Below are positions 1-12,650 of a DNA stretch of 64,000 nt, piece after piece. The DNA is taken from contig CM114271.1 in NCBI GenBank assembly GCA_050084515.1, forward strand, positions 22,382,001 through 22,446,000, in the 5' to 3' direction. This DNA comes from Blasia pusilla. Taxonomy: Eukaryota. Both the position numbers and the translations under genes were made by a program. Positions within the stretch are counted from its first letter, which is position 1; every line of letters starts with the position of its first letter. The notes beneath the pieces are model-generated. The model saw nothing but the letters and a program-made list of their open reading frames with translations. It did not search any database and was not told the origin of the DNA.

Positions 1-24
1 AACAAGTGGAAAAGCAATGCTATT

Positions 25-240
25 TGCAACACGTTGGATTCTGACGGGTTGCAATCACTGGAGACATGTTGGTGAATTTGCAACCCGTTGCTTTCAGACG
101 GATTGCATCATTGCAGACACAAGTGCAAAAGGAATTCTACTTGCAACCCGTCTGGTTCCTAGGGTGAATTTGAAACATGTTGGGATCCGACATGTTGCAT
201 GCAGAGATGCAACCCGTCGGAGTCCGACAGGTTTTATTTC
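25..240. repeat. Cluster of 29-bp palindromes in an intron of the minus-strand gene
   Basis: Example TGCAACACGTTGGATTCTGACGGGTTGCA at 25-53, with further degenerate copies near 79, 141 and 208. Confidence 0.85.
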
Positions 241-275
241 TGAACAAACTCAATTCGTTCAAAAAGTGCACTTAC

Positions 276-3200
276 CCGGACTTGATTTGTCGCCGATCTG
301 AGTGGATAATCATTTTTTATGAACCATGATTGCGCCGTCGTCCACTTCAGTGACCTCTTCATGCCATGAAGGTTGAAGAGCTCGTCTTCGCTCCCTCCAG
401 TAAGGACCAAGAAATAACCCCTGTCACTGAGATACGCGTCAGCAAAAGAAAACAACAGAGCGATATGGTCATAGGAAAGTGGGACATTCCAATATGGGAC
501 ACTATCAGAGGGATTGTTGTCCCACAAGCAAAACCCAGAAGGCAAATATCCAATGAGGAGATCCACCACCGCCTCCTCAGCAACCCCATGCACCGTCCAG
601 GGGGCGTGCCCATTTCGATGGAGTTTTTGCCCTAGCACGGTCAATTTCTCGATGGCAGGTATCGACTCCTGAGAACTGAAACTCTACAATTTATCAACAA
701 GATGAGTCAAGTAAAGAAGGATATTTGTCCTAGTGATCGTTTCCCTGTGCCTGCCCAAGGATGATGGAGTGTATTCCACATCCTTATCTCCTCCCTCGGA
801 CGAACCAGGCACCTCTCGCTTTCGCTTCTCTCGAGTGTGTTTTCGGCTTGTTGGAGTCTCTATTACCTTAGACTCCACATGAGTTTTCTTTGATGAGGAC
901 GAGGTCTGGCCCTCTCGCCCCTCTCGCCTCGACAAATTTGCCTCTCGCCTTGAACACTCAGCCTCTTTTCTCGAAGACTCGGCCTCGGAATTCCTCGATC
1001 CCCTCGCCCTGGCTTTCAAACCCGTTGTGGATTTATCTTTGGCAGTGACAACCTTTGCCACCAACTTCGTTGTCTCGAGGGCTTGCTCCTCCGCATCTCC
1101 TTCAAAAAATTTGTCAAGCTTCACAAAGTTTGGAATGTCGTCCCTACATGTGACCACTGCATCATAGATCACGTGTAGATTTTTTACTGTAATGTCCTTT
1201 GGATCGTTGAAGTCCAACCAGATTAGAAAATTTATTACCTCCTAGTCAAACATGCCCTGTCCCATCTCCATGTCATACATGGAAAATCCCTCTCCATGAG
1301 GCAGAGAAGCCCACAATTTGTAGGCTACCAAAAATTTTGCGCCAAGTACCTGCATTCACACAATTGATAAGGTACATGTACACCATCCGCTGGGGAGCTC
1401 TTTGTCGAGATAACTCAGCCACCTGGTCCTGAAAATCCCACTTTGTTTTTGCAAAATCCCATTTTTTGGCGTATATTTCCTCGACCAGATCTGCCTCAGG
1501 GAGGATGTAATTCTTGAACATCATCCGGAATCTTGGATTTTCCGTCGGCTTATCTCTTATGTCATCAAGCCATAGTTCAAAATCTTCTGCAGCCTCTAGG
1601 TTTGCTTCCTCTAGAATTGGCTCAATCTTCTTCAACTTTGCTTGTAGACCCACAATCATGGACTTCCCGAGAAGGCGCAACGCATCCCAGAATGAATGAT
1701 CATTCCCGTAGCCAATGGAAGATCACTGGATCTCAAACTCCCAGAGGGTGGTGTGCCACCCGCTTCTGTGCCTCAGTGCCCTCGAGACTCGTTTTAATCA
1801 GTCGGATTCGCCTAAACTCGGATATGCCTGACAGCGCAAACCTATGCACGCGATCTAGAGACAATTTCTCTCCGATCTGACCCTATGGATCCTCGTCTCT
1901 CTTCCTCTGGCGCTTGATTATCGCCTAGAGCTCCTTGTAAAACTCCGGGCCAAGTTCGGGGTTGAGAATTGCAATGTAATGTTGCATCTTGCTTGCAGTG
2001 TACTTTATAGCTACATATGCGGCAGCCTGAATAAATTTTTCCCGTTCCGACGCGGAAACGTTCTCCCTTCGCTCCAGTTCCAACACAACACTCTTCTTGG
2101 CGGCGTGGATCTTAGACCAACAGAGGATTGTGACGGCGGCATCTTGGGAAATTAAGGTATTTGCCCCGGTTTTCTTCTTTATTTGACAGAAGATGCTGGC
2201 GAAGGAACCAGATTGTCACCCAAGAACCCAGCATCTCATCAACCAGATTGTCACCCAAGAATCCCTTGTACTCTCTTGGGTGCGTCGTAAGCACCTTCTT
2301 GACCCTGTCACAATCTTGGATCTAGTGGTGGGTGACATTCCCCTCGGATACAATCCTGCAAATCCAAACATAAGGTAAGAATATTGCAGCCTATCGGGTT
2401 CCATTTGGTTGCACCAGAGAGTCATGAACAGAGAGTGCAACCCATCGGACTCTGATGGGTTGCAACACTCTCGAGAGATTTCAAGGATGCCCAATCCGTC
2501 GGAGTCTGATGGGTTGCGACAATCACTTTGACTTGAAGTCTCTTCGACAAAAATGTATTTCTTGCAACCCGTCGGACTCTGACGGGTCGTAATTCTGTCA
2601 ACCCATCGGGGTCCAAAAGATAACACATAGATAAGTGTTGCAACCCGTCAAAGTCTGACGGGTTGTAGAAAATACACTATTTTTCAAAGAGACTGCAAGT
2701 GAAAGTGATTGTTACAACCCGTCGGACTTTGACGGATTGGGCATCCTTGAAATCTCCCGAGAGTATTGCAACCCATCGGAGTCCGACGGGTTGCACTCTC
2801 TGTTCGTGACTCTCTGGTGCAACCACACAATGACTTCTATTCCTTGGTTCCAACCCGTCGGACTCCGATGGGTTGTAGAATGGCTTTCATTCCGAGACAA
2901 GTTTCCAGATAAAAAATGCCCACATCAACCCGTCAGAGTCCGAAGGGTTGCGCAATGGCCCTGTAAAGCTGGAATTGGATGCCTCAAAGCAAGCTCTCAG
3001 ACTCCGACCACGTGCCCTGGGAGGAAAATGCAACCCGTCGGAGTCCGACGGGTTGCTTTCGGCCAAAAGTATCCAAAAAATAGTGGACAGTCTAGCAACT
3101 CGTCGGACTCTGATGAGTTGCTTTTAGCTGTCCGATGATTTCTTATCCCTCATCGTGTAACTCGTCGGAGTCCAACAGATTGCAAAACAAATAAATCATG

Positions 3201-4914
3201 CATTCATTTTTCAACCTGTCGATGTTCGACTGGTCTTAATATCCCGGATTAATCTGATGTGCTTGGTCACCAGGCAATCCGTCGGACTCCAACGGTTTTC
3301 TTGACTATGACCTTAACCTCAAAGAGGATGGGGGCAAGAGACTCAAATCATTCCTGCCCATCTTCAAGCTTTCCAATTATGCAACCCGTAGAACTCCGAC
3401 GGATTGAAGCAATCAAACGTAAGGATGAGGAAACTTACGTATTCATCGCATGCGTTTCCATTTCCACTGTTGCCATGTGATGAGGAATTCAAAATGGATA
3501 GAGCATGTCAGCCCTCATGCAAAAATGCGCCTCCAATGAATTTGGGCGCTCCTATGCAAACTGTCTCCACGCCATGTACATGTGGTTCCCATCTGAGATG
3601 AAGAAGTAGAGATTCTGCATCCAGCTAAATTGGGTTCCTTCAATCGCTCTTCTGAACTCCTGGTCTCTCATCCTCTAGAATGTGTCCAACGCCTCCAAGT
3701 CCTCTTCCGTCACCAGAGCGCGCTTGGATTCCATGTTCATCGTAAGGCTGAACATAGAACGGAGGGAAGTTGTCAACGTAGGATGATGTCACTGCCCACT
3801 GTTTCAGCTTTGCAATGTCCTCCTCCGACTGAATTTTGCGGACGTACTCCATTGTCCGCAATCGACAAGAGTGGAATTCTTTGGGGACTTTTGGCCCTCC
3901 ATCAGTGCCATCTGCTTAACAACCTGCCACAATGGGGACAAAGTCAATAAAATATTGTGTTTTGCCAATGTATTATATAATGAGCTTTCACATAACCCAA
4001 ATTCTTCTTACCCGCTCAAAGATTGGGTCGGTATGCAGGCCCACTAGTTGCTCTGGGACAGAAGCTGGAAAGTCCACGCGAAACTCATCAATCCAATAAA
4101 GGTCAATTTCTTCCATCAGACTCAATGACAATGAATACTTTTCTCCTGCTTCTTCAAAGATGTCCACCATCTCCACACTTGCTGTCCTCATGACCTCATC
4201 GTCCTTCACTTGAACTTTGGCCGTTTCCTCAGTCAATTTTAGATTCATGGTGTCTCCAGACCTCATCGGAGATATTTCTTGCATCTCAACACTGTCTGTT
4301 GGACGGGCAGGGCTTTCTTTAATGGCCATTGCTTTTTCTCTTTGAGCTTTCGCCAATTCTGCTCTTCTGATGGAGGCGTCAAGACGCTTCTTCTCGGGTT
4401 TCTCGTCCGCGACTCTTTTCTTCAAGGCTTTCGATGCCTCCGCCTCGGCGTTTTGCTTTGGGCGCTCCATCAGAGCAAGTTTTTCCAGAACCTCTTGCCT
4501 GTGCATATGTGCTTCCCTTTCCCACTCCTCTATTTCTTGTTGCCTTATCTCATTCGCCGAGCAAGGACCAAGAGATGGTGACGCAAGAGTCCTGATGGAC
4601 TTGGGAGTGATGCTTCCTACCTTGGTTGCTTGTGTTTTCTTCCACGTCATGGTGCACGTTGGGTCAAGTCTTCCTCCTCAACAGTGTTATCTGCTCCTGA
4701 GCACAACTGATCCCTTGAAGCTTTGATGGAGTGCCTAAACCCAACTCTCCAAGGCTTGTGTGGTGAAGCGTCGTGACCTTCAAGTGGATGGGCTTGTCGA
4801 AATCGAACCCTCGAAGTGTCGGGTGTTGGATAATTGTTACCTTCAAGCAAAGGGGTCAATGTAATTGACTTGGCCAGCGGAGAAGGTAACCTCAGCTATT
4901 GGGAGGAAGAGCAC
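276..4914 (-). pseudogene. Spliced, disrupted gene: coiled-coil region, ParB/Srx-like domain, helical region, C-terminal amino-(N6A/N4C) methyltransferase-like domain
   Basis: Inferred exons are 4914-3439 and 2355-276. The GTAAGT donor at 3438 and polypyrimidine-CAG acceptor at 2356 join in frame (HAMNT|IVSEG), and a further donor lies at 275. YFFISDGNHMYMAW (DGNH at 3593-3582) resembles the ParB DGxHR motif. VVDLLIGYLPSG...W...FSFADAYLSDRGYFLVL in ORF 234-644 resembles motif IV onward of DPPY-type MTases. Several stops and frameshifts. Confidence 0.6.
2390..3410. repeat. Intronic array of 29-bp palindromes TGCAACCCGTCGGA-N-TCCGACGGGTTGCA
   Basis: Roughly 15-18 copies by eye, e.g. 2767-2795 and 3029-3056, with irregular spacers. 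Confined to intron 2356-3438. Confidence 0.95.
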
Positions 4915-5054
4915 CTGAAATCGCGAAATGAAAAAGGGAAATAAGCGAAATCTCAGCCTTTTATACTTTTTGAGCCGTTGAGCTGACCGTTGGGTCATTG
5001 GAACCGTTGTACCAACGGCGACGTCGGCCGTTATGGAACTTTACATGTGGGAAA

Positions 5055-5660
5055 CGTGCAACCCATCCCCCTCGTCAGACGTGCAACCCGTCAGAGATCG
5101 ACGAGTTGCACCCTTCCCTCATCTCGGGGTAACAAGGCGAGGTACCCGGGCAACCTGTTGCAGACCGACGGATTGCTTGCTTCCCTTGTCCGAGGGTGAC
5201 AAAGCATGGTCCCGAGGCAACCCGTCGACCTCTGACAGCTTACAAGGTCTACCATGGGTTGGATACTTCCCACCATACGGCGAAATTGCGGCACGGTCTC
5301 CGACAAACTCGTATGTCCCTCACGGTTTGCACGGTTCACTGGACAAGAGAAATCGACGCGAGATCCCCCTGCAACTCGGTTACCTCAAAAAGGGAAAGCG
5401 AGGTGAGGTACCTTTTCAGTCCGTTGCAGTCCCCATCGGGTTTTCGTAGGAAATCCATGCGAGGTCTCGTGGATCCCGACTCCAATCAAACAGGTCAGAC
5501 AGGCACGGGTACCGACTGACAACTTCGTTCAACCCAAAGGACTCCAACGCGTTACAAGTTGCACTCCGACTCTAACAGAAGATGGTACTCCGTGGATTTG
5601 CAACCCACATGTCTGAGTCCTAAAATTTGCAACCCGTCGGATTTCGACAGGTTGCAACAA
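5055..5660. repeat. Degenerate palindrome cluster between the divergent genes
   Basis: About 8-10 degenerate copies, e.g. TGCAACCCGTCGGATTTCGACAGGTTGCA at ~5628-5656. Confidence 0.85.
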
Positions 5661-6294
5661 GATTGAATCCATTGCGTCAGACAATCTCACCTACCAAACA
5701 ATATCTTGTCAATCAAATTCTGTCATGAGAATAACGGTCACTATTCACTATTAATTAAACATTCTCATTCTTATTCTTATTCTTATTCTTATTCTCATTC
5801 TTCATCAGGTGGAATCATCAAGGAATGGATAATTATGTAAAACTCACTTGTGGTAGTCATCTAGTGGCCCTTCCTCAATCAGAAATAATTTGACCGCAAG
5901 CTGGTGAGTCTTACATACCAGTTGAGGAAAATTTCCTCTCACTATGATTTCTTCTCCAAATTGGAACAAAATTTGTTTCCAAGGATTTTAGGATGGACGG
6001 TATGGAAGACATTGTAGGTGAGACAGTCGAGCCACTGATAACAGACTGTAAAGTATGGAATCTCCTACCTCTCAAAATGGGTCAATATAGAGTTTATGGC
6101 TTGCCTCTGAATTCCACTGTTTCCCAAGTAGACGGACCGGAATTTCCTAGTGCATTGAGCTCTACGTTTGCCACTCCCAACTCTGTAGATCCAACATGAA
6201 CTCCAACTTCACACGTTCGTAACAATGTTGTACTTCGAAAGACATTCCTTATGTCGTCAACCTCAATGGATCTGTCGGACACCAACCAGGTCCT

Positions 6295-9200
6295 GTGTCT
6301 GCCTACTCGTTCCTCTTGCCAATATTAGGCAATAGTTTGATGTCGTCTCTGCCCTTTAAAATGTTCAAGCACATTCTTTTCGACGAGCTACCGCCCAAGT
6401 ACGATGGTAATTGCATTTTTGAGTTGCCTCCACTTGCTGGTCCTGCTCAAAAGAAAGATGGAGGACGCTTGAAGGGTATGGACAGAAAGTCTGATTGTCA
6501 TCGATGCTACAAGCTTCAACGGACTAGTGCTTCAATTCCAAATGGTCCTTGGATTGTTTCTCGCCGCCAATGTGTTGGAGCCTTGGAGTGTAGAAGTCCA
6601 GGCTGCCCGTATCTAGAGCGCAATGGGGGAGTCAATACGTCGCAATTTCCCCCAAAGAATGCAAAAACTCCATATGATGTCGGTGGGACCATACCTCCGG
6701 GAGGCCATCGATGTCCTCATTGTCAAGCATCCCCTTTCTGCGTTAGAGCGTGTCCTGCATACATATTTTTCATTGTGCACAACTTCAATTCTACGTCCGA
6801 GTACACCAGGATGGCAGTTCATATTGGCTCCCACATTCATCATGTAACCGTTGCAATTCAAAGACACATCAAAGAGGATGTGGCAAAGACAGTGGCCGAG
6901 GTATATAGACACTCTCCGGGATCAAAGCCCGGAGTGATGAAGTTAACAACAGCATCACAAATTTGTGAACAACTGCTTGGAATCCCTGGGCAGGGCGAGA
7001 TCATGGTTGGTGAGGAGAAAGAACTCTGGGAAAATCTCGCATTTCTCGCTGACCTTGAATGCTTCCAGAACTTACTGAGTCAAATATGGATACTTAATGG
7101 AAAGACGGAAAAAATGGATGCCATTTCCAGAGTCAAGGCCAACTCCAGATTTCCCTTTATTCAAAGATGGCAGTTCACGGGCCAGGGAGGCGAAGGATCC
7201 ACGGCTTATGTCTTCAAAAGTCAACTACAGGGCCGTTGAGTGGCCTCGATCTTATAGATCGAATGAGGGAAGGGAAAGATCTCTACGGCACCTGGATAAG
7301 CTTTGATATTTGCTACAGAGTGTCAACCATGGGTGCTCACGTTTACGACCATGTGGAGAAGGGACTCAAAACTTTATTTGTCTGTGAGGTAAAAGCAGAA
7401 GATGTTGGTAGTTTGAAGAAGTGTGGGTTACTCTTATTGGAGGTGGTGAAGGAAAACAAAAGGCCACCTCTGGAAATTTCATGGCGGATAATGCACAACC
7501 TGGATGGATTGCTATCAGGGAAGTGTTTTGGGGTGGAGAGGTTCAACCAGAGAGGGAAAGGTCGGATGCTTTCCATTGGCAACAGTCTCTGACCCGGTAC
7601 ACCAAATTTTGCATCAAGGAGAATAAGAGAACGGAGCATATCACTCTACTCCAATGCTGCAAGGACCGAAAAACCTTGAAAGAGGCCATGGAGTGCCAAG
7701 AAGAACTTCATGGGTGATGGAGGAAGCATGCAATTGAGGGGAAGTACAAAGAGTTGTGCTCTTGGCTCAGTTGGTGGACAGTTGATGAATGAGACAATGG
7801 GGAAACTTCATGCGGCAGGTGAGTTCAGTATTTCGTCCTTTCGAGCTCATGCTCAGAATTGTTTGAAAAGTTGCAGCTCAAGTTGAGAAGCGTGGGAACT
7901 ATAGGGATTTCAAATCGCAGAAACCAAGCAACCCGTCGGAAACCGATAGGTTTCATCAAGAAAGTATGTGCAACCCGTCAGAACTTGACTGATTGCATGA
8001 GTGTCACACCCGTCGGAGCGCGACAGGATGCATGAGGAATGTTTGTGCAACCCGTCGGATCCCGACGGGTTGCAAGTTGCATGTATACAAGGCCTGCAAA
8101 TAGTTTGACCCGGATGGGTTGCAAGACGCAAGGCTGCGAGTTAACTCGATCTACAACCCGTCGGATTCTGACAAGTTGCGTCTGTCTGCAACCTATCAGA
8201 TTCGACTAGTTGCGTCCGTCTCTGACTCCTCACATTCATACAGTTGCGGCTGTCTTCAACTCCTCGCATCCAGACACGTTGCATGAGTGCAAGTTAACTG
8301 GAACCCGTCGAATTCTAACAAGTTGCATCGAATTCTAACAAGTTGCAAAGATTCGTGTATGGACACTTCTTGCAAGCCAACAGAATCCGACAGGTTGCAC
8401 AAGGATTTTTAAGACCGGACCAGCCTGCTTCTCACAACCTGTCCGATTCCGACGGGTTGCAGTAGCAGGTTCTTGTGTGCTGGGTTGCAGTAAGAGGTTC
8501 CTGGGACATTCCATGGATGTCTCTGACTTGCAACCCGTTTTAAGTCGGAGGCAGGAAAATCCATGTGCGACCCATCGGATTCCGATGACTTGCACTTGGA
8601 TCTTCCAGCCCGGAGTGGCCAAAGTTACTTGCAACTCGTCTGAATCCGACACGTTGCACTAGGTGGTTCCTGGGTATTGCAACACGTCGAAAACCGATGG
8701 GTTGCACAATCATTCATGGGATGTCTCCGACTTGCAACCTGTCTGGTTCCAACAGGTTGCTTTTTTCTTCTCTCATAGAGCTATTTTCATTCCCTTCTCA
8801 CATTGCCGTCGTTGTAGGGGTTGAACATTCATGAAAATGCCCTCTGCCCCAACACAAGTGGAGCAGAAAGTGTTCATTCCTCCTGAAGGTTGTCACAGGC
8901 ATGCCAAAGAATGTCACTTGTGAAGGCATGCCAACAAGACCAAGCAAGAGCAATGCTACACTGTGTAGCATCCCATATCTTCCTCACAAAAAGCATAACT
9001 AAAGGAAAGGGGCCTTTGATTTACGAGCTCTATGTCAAGGCGGCTGTGAGATCTAGTGATGAGAAACTCTATGTGGAAGCCTTCAATTGGTGCGTAGCAG
9101 GAACTCCCCTCGAGCAAGATGTCCATATTGGTGGGGATATTCGTGGGCGTGTTTCAAGACGTCCCATACAGATGGTGGTAGAGCAATCCGAGCGAGACTC

Positions 9201-10320
9201 GTGGAGACCAGATAAGTATCTAGACTTCAGGCAAGTGAAGAGGCAGCATCGAGGAACAAACCCAGTGATTGATTTGGATGAAGAAATTACGACGCCCAAG
9301 TATTCGAAGATCTCGGATTGCTCCCAGATCCGAGATGCAGCAACTTCTCCAAAATCAGTAAATGTTTTATTTCAAAAGCCCTCCGTTGGTGGAAGTTCGC
9401 AACATGCGGTCTTTGGGGTAGTTCAACAGTATGGGATTCCGGTCATTAAGATGGATTGCAACCTCAAAAGGTGGCATATATCTCATAGCAACCCTAGACG
9501 TGGACCCACTTGCAAGGCAGGATCTGATGGCATTAGGAGAGCATGCGGCACTTTCCTAAATAAAAATTGTACAAGGACTGGACGACCATTACCTGGATTC
9601 TGGGGACTCAAAACCTTTGATCGTTTCATGAGGATTGGGGATCAATTGAAGTACTTCTTCTGCCCAAATGAATCTTGCGCTTTCTGAAAGTCTTATCCGA
9701 CTGCCATTAGAGCTCCAAGGAATACCCCCACGATTTGGCCTATTGCCGTAGGTACGAATGGCACTCAAGACGAAGTGGACAATCTTACAAGTGCCGATTT
9801 CAGACTCGTAGACGGAGGATATTCGGAGCATGTTCGCATTACAGAGACCTTTGCATTTTGTATTCAACCCAAGATTTATATCAAGATGTACCGAGAGAAG
9901 GTGGATGATCTCAATCCACTATTTCTGTTTGAGTCTAGAAATGGGGTGAATAGAAACAGAATGTGCAGGCCAATGGTGGAGAGAGCAAAGCGAATCGCAT
10001 CAGCTCCGGAGGCAAACATGGAAATCATCGCCACAAAAGATATTCAGAGTGGAAATGGAATAGGAAAGATGTATTGGGTCAGGAACAACACTGTAAATTC
10101 AAGTGTCATAGGGATGTATGTGGTGCACATATGTTGCTTTCCCACATGTTCATGTGATGACTTTGTCCAAAGAGAGACAAGTGGGAAAAGGTATTTCCTT
10201 TGTAAGCACATGTACTATGTATTGCTTGTAATTTTAAGAGAGTCGAAGGTAGGAGTAGGAATCCACCAACCAATTCTGTCCCTCAAAGAAGAGCGAAGTA
10301 TTTTAAACAAACCACTTTGA
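6295..10320 (+). pseudogene. MULE-type transposase: GCM/WRKY-like Zn domain, DDE core, C-terminal SWIM finger; one intron at 7819-8817
   Basis: Cys/His-rich N-terminus (CVGALECRSPGC...CPHC...HIGSHIH). Core motifs ISFDICY, NFMADNAQ and DAFHWQQSL. After the intron (cag|GTGAGT at 7819; ttgtAG at 8817) comes PNTSGAESVHSS with the catalytic E. SWIM finger CSCDDF...CKH at ~10147-10210. Frameshifts and stops present; the start may lie further upstream. Confidence 0.8.
7920..8760. repeat. Intronic array of 29-bp palindromes in the transposase gene
   Basis: Roughly 15-18 copies by eye, e.g. 8046-8074. Confined to intron 7819-8817. Confidence 0.95.
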
Positions 10321-10721
10321 GGATGCAAAATGAGGTCTTAGATTGTACTTTCATTTTCCAGAACCTTTACTTTGAGCTTGAACTCTATTCAGCCAAGGGA
10401 AAATGATAGATTTTTTCCAAACCTTGGATGGAAAAAGTGATTTGTTCCACATTTATTATTCCAATGATTTCTCAGTTTTTAAAATTTTGTGCAAACTGCA
10501 ACCCGTCGGATTCAGACGGGTTGCCAAAATGTGGAAGAGGAAAAAAAATCCGTGGGAGTGCCTAAGCACCGAGAAGAAAAGTGCAAAAAAATTCAGACAA
10601 AATTTTTCCTCTCTTGAACCCAACGGAAACTCTCTTCAAATAACAAGAAACTCTCTTAAAAAAAAGTATCTCTTTGGGTTGAAGGTAATTTCCACTCTCC
10701 TCTCTTACTCTCCTCTTACTG

Positions 10722-11864
10722 CGCCTCCAAGTTTTGAGACACCCAGATGAGAAGAGAAAGTGTGTTTGCTTCATTGAGCATTGTATAGGTTAAAGCAAGC
10801 CCAAATGGGTATGGAATCAACGAATAGAGACATTCTTTCAAGAGAGGGGTCTCATCAAGAGTCCGTCAGAAGCAAATTTTTATGTCTTTTGCGAAGATGG
10901 GATGTATATGTTGATAGTCCTTTATGTGGATGATCTAATCATCACAAGAGACCACGGTAAGAAAAGAGAGGAAATGAAGGAAGTGTTGAAATCTGAGTTT
11001 TAAATATCAGATCTAGATCTTTTGCAATGCTCTGTAGGTCTGGAGGTTTGGCAACAGTCTAATTCTATTTTTCTCTCTCACCAAAAGTATGTTAGAGAAA
11101 TCTTGAAAGCATTCGAGATGATCGAGTGTAAGGTAGTGGTCTCGCCAATGGATGCAGAGTTAAACCTCTCAATGGAGGATGTTTCATCATTGGTAGATGA
11201 AAAGTTGTAAAGATATCTTGTGGGTAGTTTGATATTTTTGTGCAACAGAAGATCAGATATTAGCTTTGCTGTAGGAGTGTTGAGTAGGTTCTCAACTAAG
11301 CCTCGGGAGAATCATTGGAAGGCAAGGATGCGTGTTTTGAAGTAAATCAAAGTCACTTTCGAGTACGGCATCACCTACACAGCAGGGACAAAAATGACAG
11401 ACTTTTGTGACTCGGATTGGGCAGCAAACTTAGATTCTCGGAGATGTGTTTCCAGTTAATGTTTCTTGGTAGGATCAGATGTGATATCATGGGTCAGCTA
11501 GAAGCAACATACAATGGCTCTTTCTTCTACCGAGGCAGAGTACAAGGTGGCTTGTTATGCTTCTTGTGAAGCAGTATGGTTTAGATGGATATTGGAGGAC
11601 ATAGAAGAAGCACCAGAAAGCGCTACTGTAATGTGGTTTGACAATCAGAGTTGCATTGCAATAGCACATAATCCTGTGTTTCATACTCGTACAAAGCACA
11701 TAGAGATTCAATATCATTTTTTGTGTGAGTTGATCGAGAGAGAGGTTTTGAATTTAGTCTATTGTCCAAAAAAGGATATTCGTGCAGACCTCTTCACCAA
11801 ATCCTTGAGCCGATATCAACTTCAACGACATTTGAAGGGTCTTGGTATCGGTCCAAGACAGTAG
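10722..11864 (+). pseudogene. Ty1/copia reverse transcriptase-RNase H remnant
   Basis: Motifs ALYRLKQA, LYVDDLII, FCDSDWA, ALSSTEAEY, DNQSCIAIAHNPVFHTRTKHIE and ADLFTKSL, with many stops. A purine tract AAGGAGGA followed by TG at 11894 suggests the PPT and start of a 3' LTR. Confidence 0.95.
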
Positions 11865-12650
11865 TCCACATGAGAGTGGATATTCAAGGAGGATGTGGGA
11901 TTCTCAAAATCCACTTCTCTTAGCACCATTAATCTGATCGGCCCCCTCATTTGATGGTTCTGACTTAGACGTCGAGGCAATCATAGCAATATGACGTAGG
12001 TGGTTTATGGAGTAGTGTTAATAGGATTATCTAATCCCATATTGCATTAGGGTACCCCGTACTCTGATGCAATATAGGGTTAGATAATCCTAGTAACGCA
12101 GAATGTTAGTAACTATGCAAAAAAATCTATAAATAGAAATGAAGAAAAATAGGTAGAAAATCCTAGTTTCCCATATCTCTAATTTGGGATCTAATTTTTT
12201 AAGTCTTTCAGAAGGAACACAAGCATAACAAATACAACCAAAGACTTTCAAGCAGGACAAATTAGGTTCATTTCTTATATATGAAGACTTTGAATAGACT
12301 CTAATGATGAACTCTTGATGTTGGAGTTTGGTTGATTAAGAAGACTGTACACGCTAGAACTTTTGCCCAATATATATACACTTTAGGCATGTTCTTCTAA
12401 TTCAGTATAGTAGGTATCGCCTCAACGATATGTCAATTCTTCTACTCAACCACTCTATTTTGTTGTGAAGTGTAACAAAAAGTCACCTCTTGTTGGATGT
12501 CATTTTAATATAAGGAGTCATCTAACTTTGTTGGAAGGTACTCTCTTCCTCCATCCCTACGCAATTTGAGATTGTGTTATCTAGTATTCTTTTGTACAGT
12601 AATTCTAAATGTCTGGACATTGAGAATACTTCTACTTTGGCTTTGAGAAA

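Larger units (their letters stand above)
1..10720. mobile_element. Mutator-like (MULE) DNA transposon with two divergent genes, degenerate; left end lies outside the window
   Basis: Carries a DDE/SWIM transposase on + and a ParB-like gene on -. The same 29-bp palindrome occurs from position 25 to 10524. The sequence switches abruptly to Copia RT at ~10722. The right boundary is approximate and no TIR pair or TSD can be checked. Confidence 0.75.

Noticed and set aside
2390-3410. CRISPR array (29-bp palindromic repeats with spacers; also 7920-8760)
   Set aside because: Spacer lengths are irregular, repeats are degenerate, spacers are duplicated in inverted blocks, no cas genes are present, and the arrays lie in spliceosomal introns.
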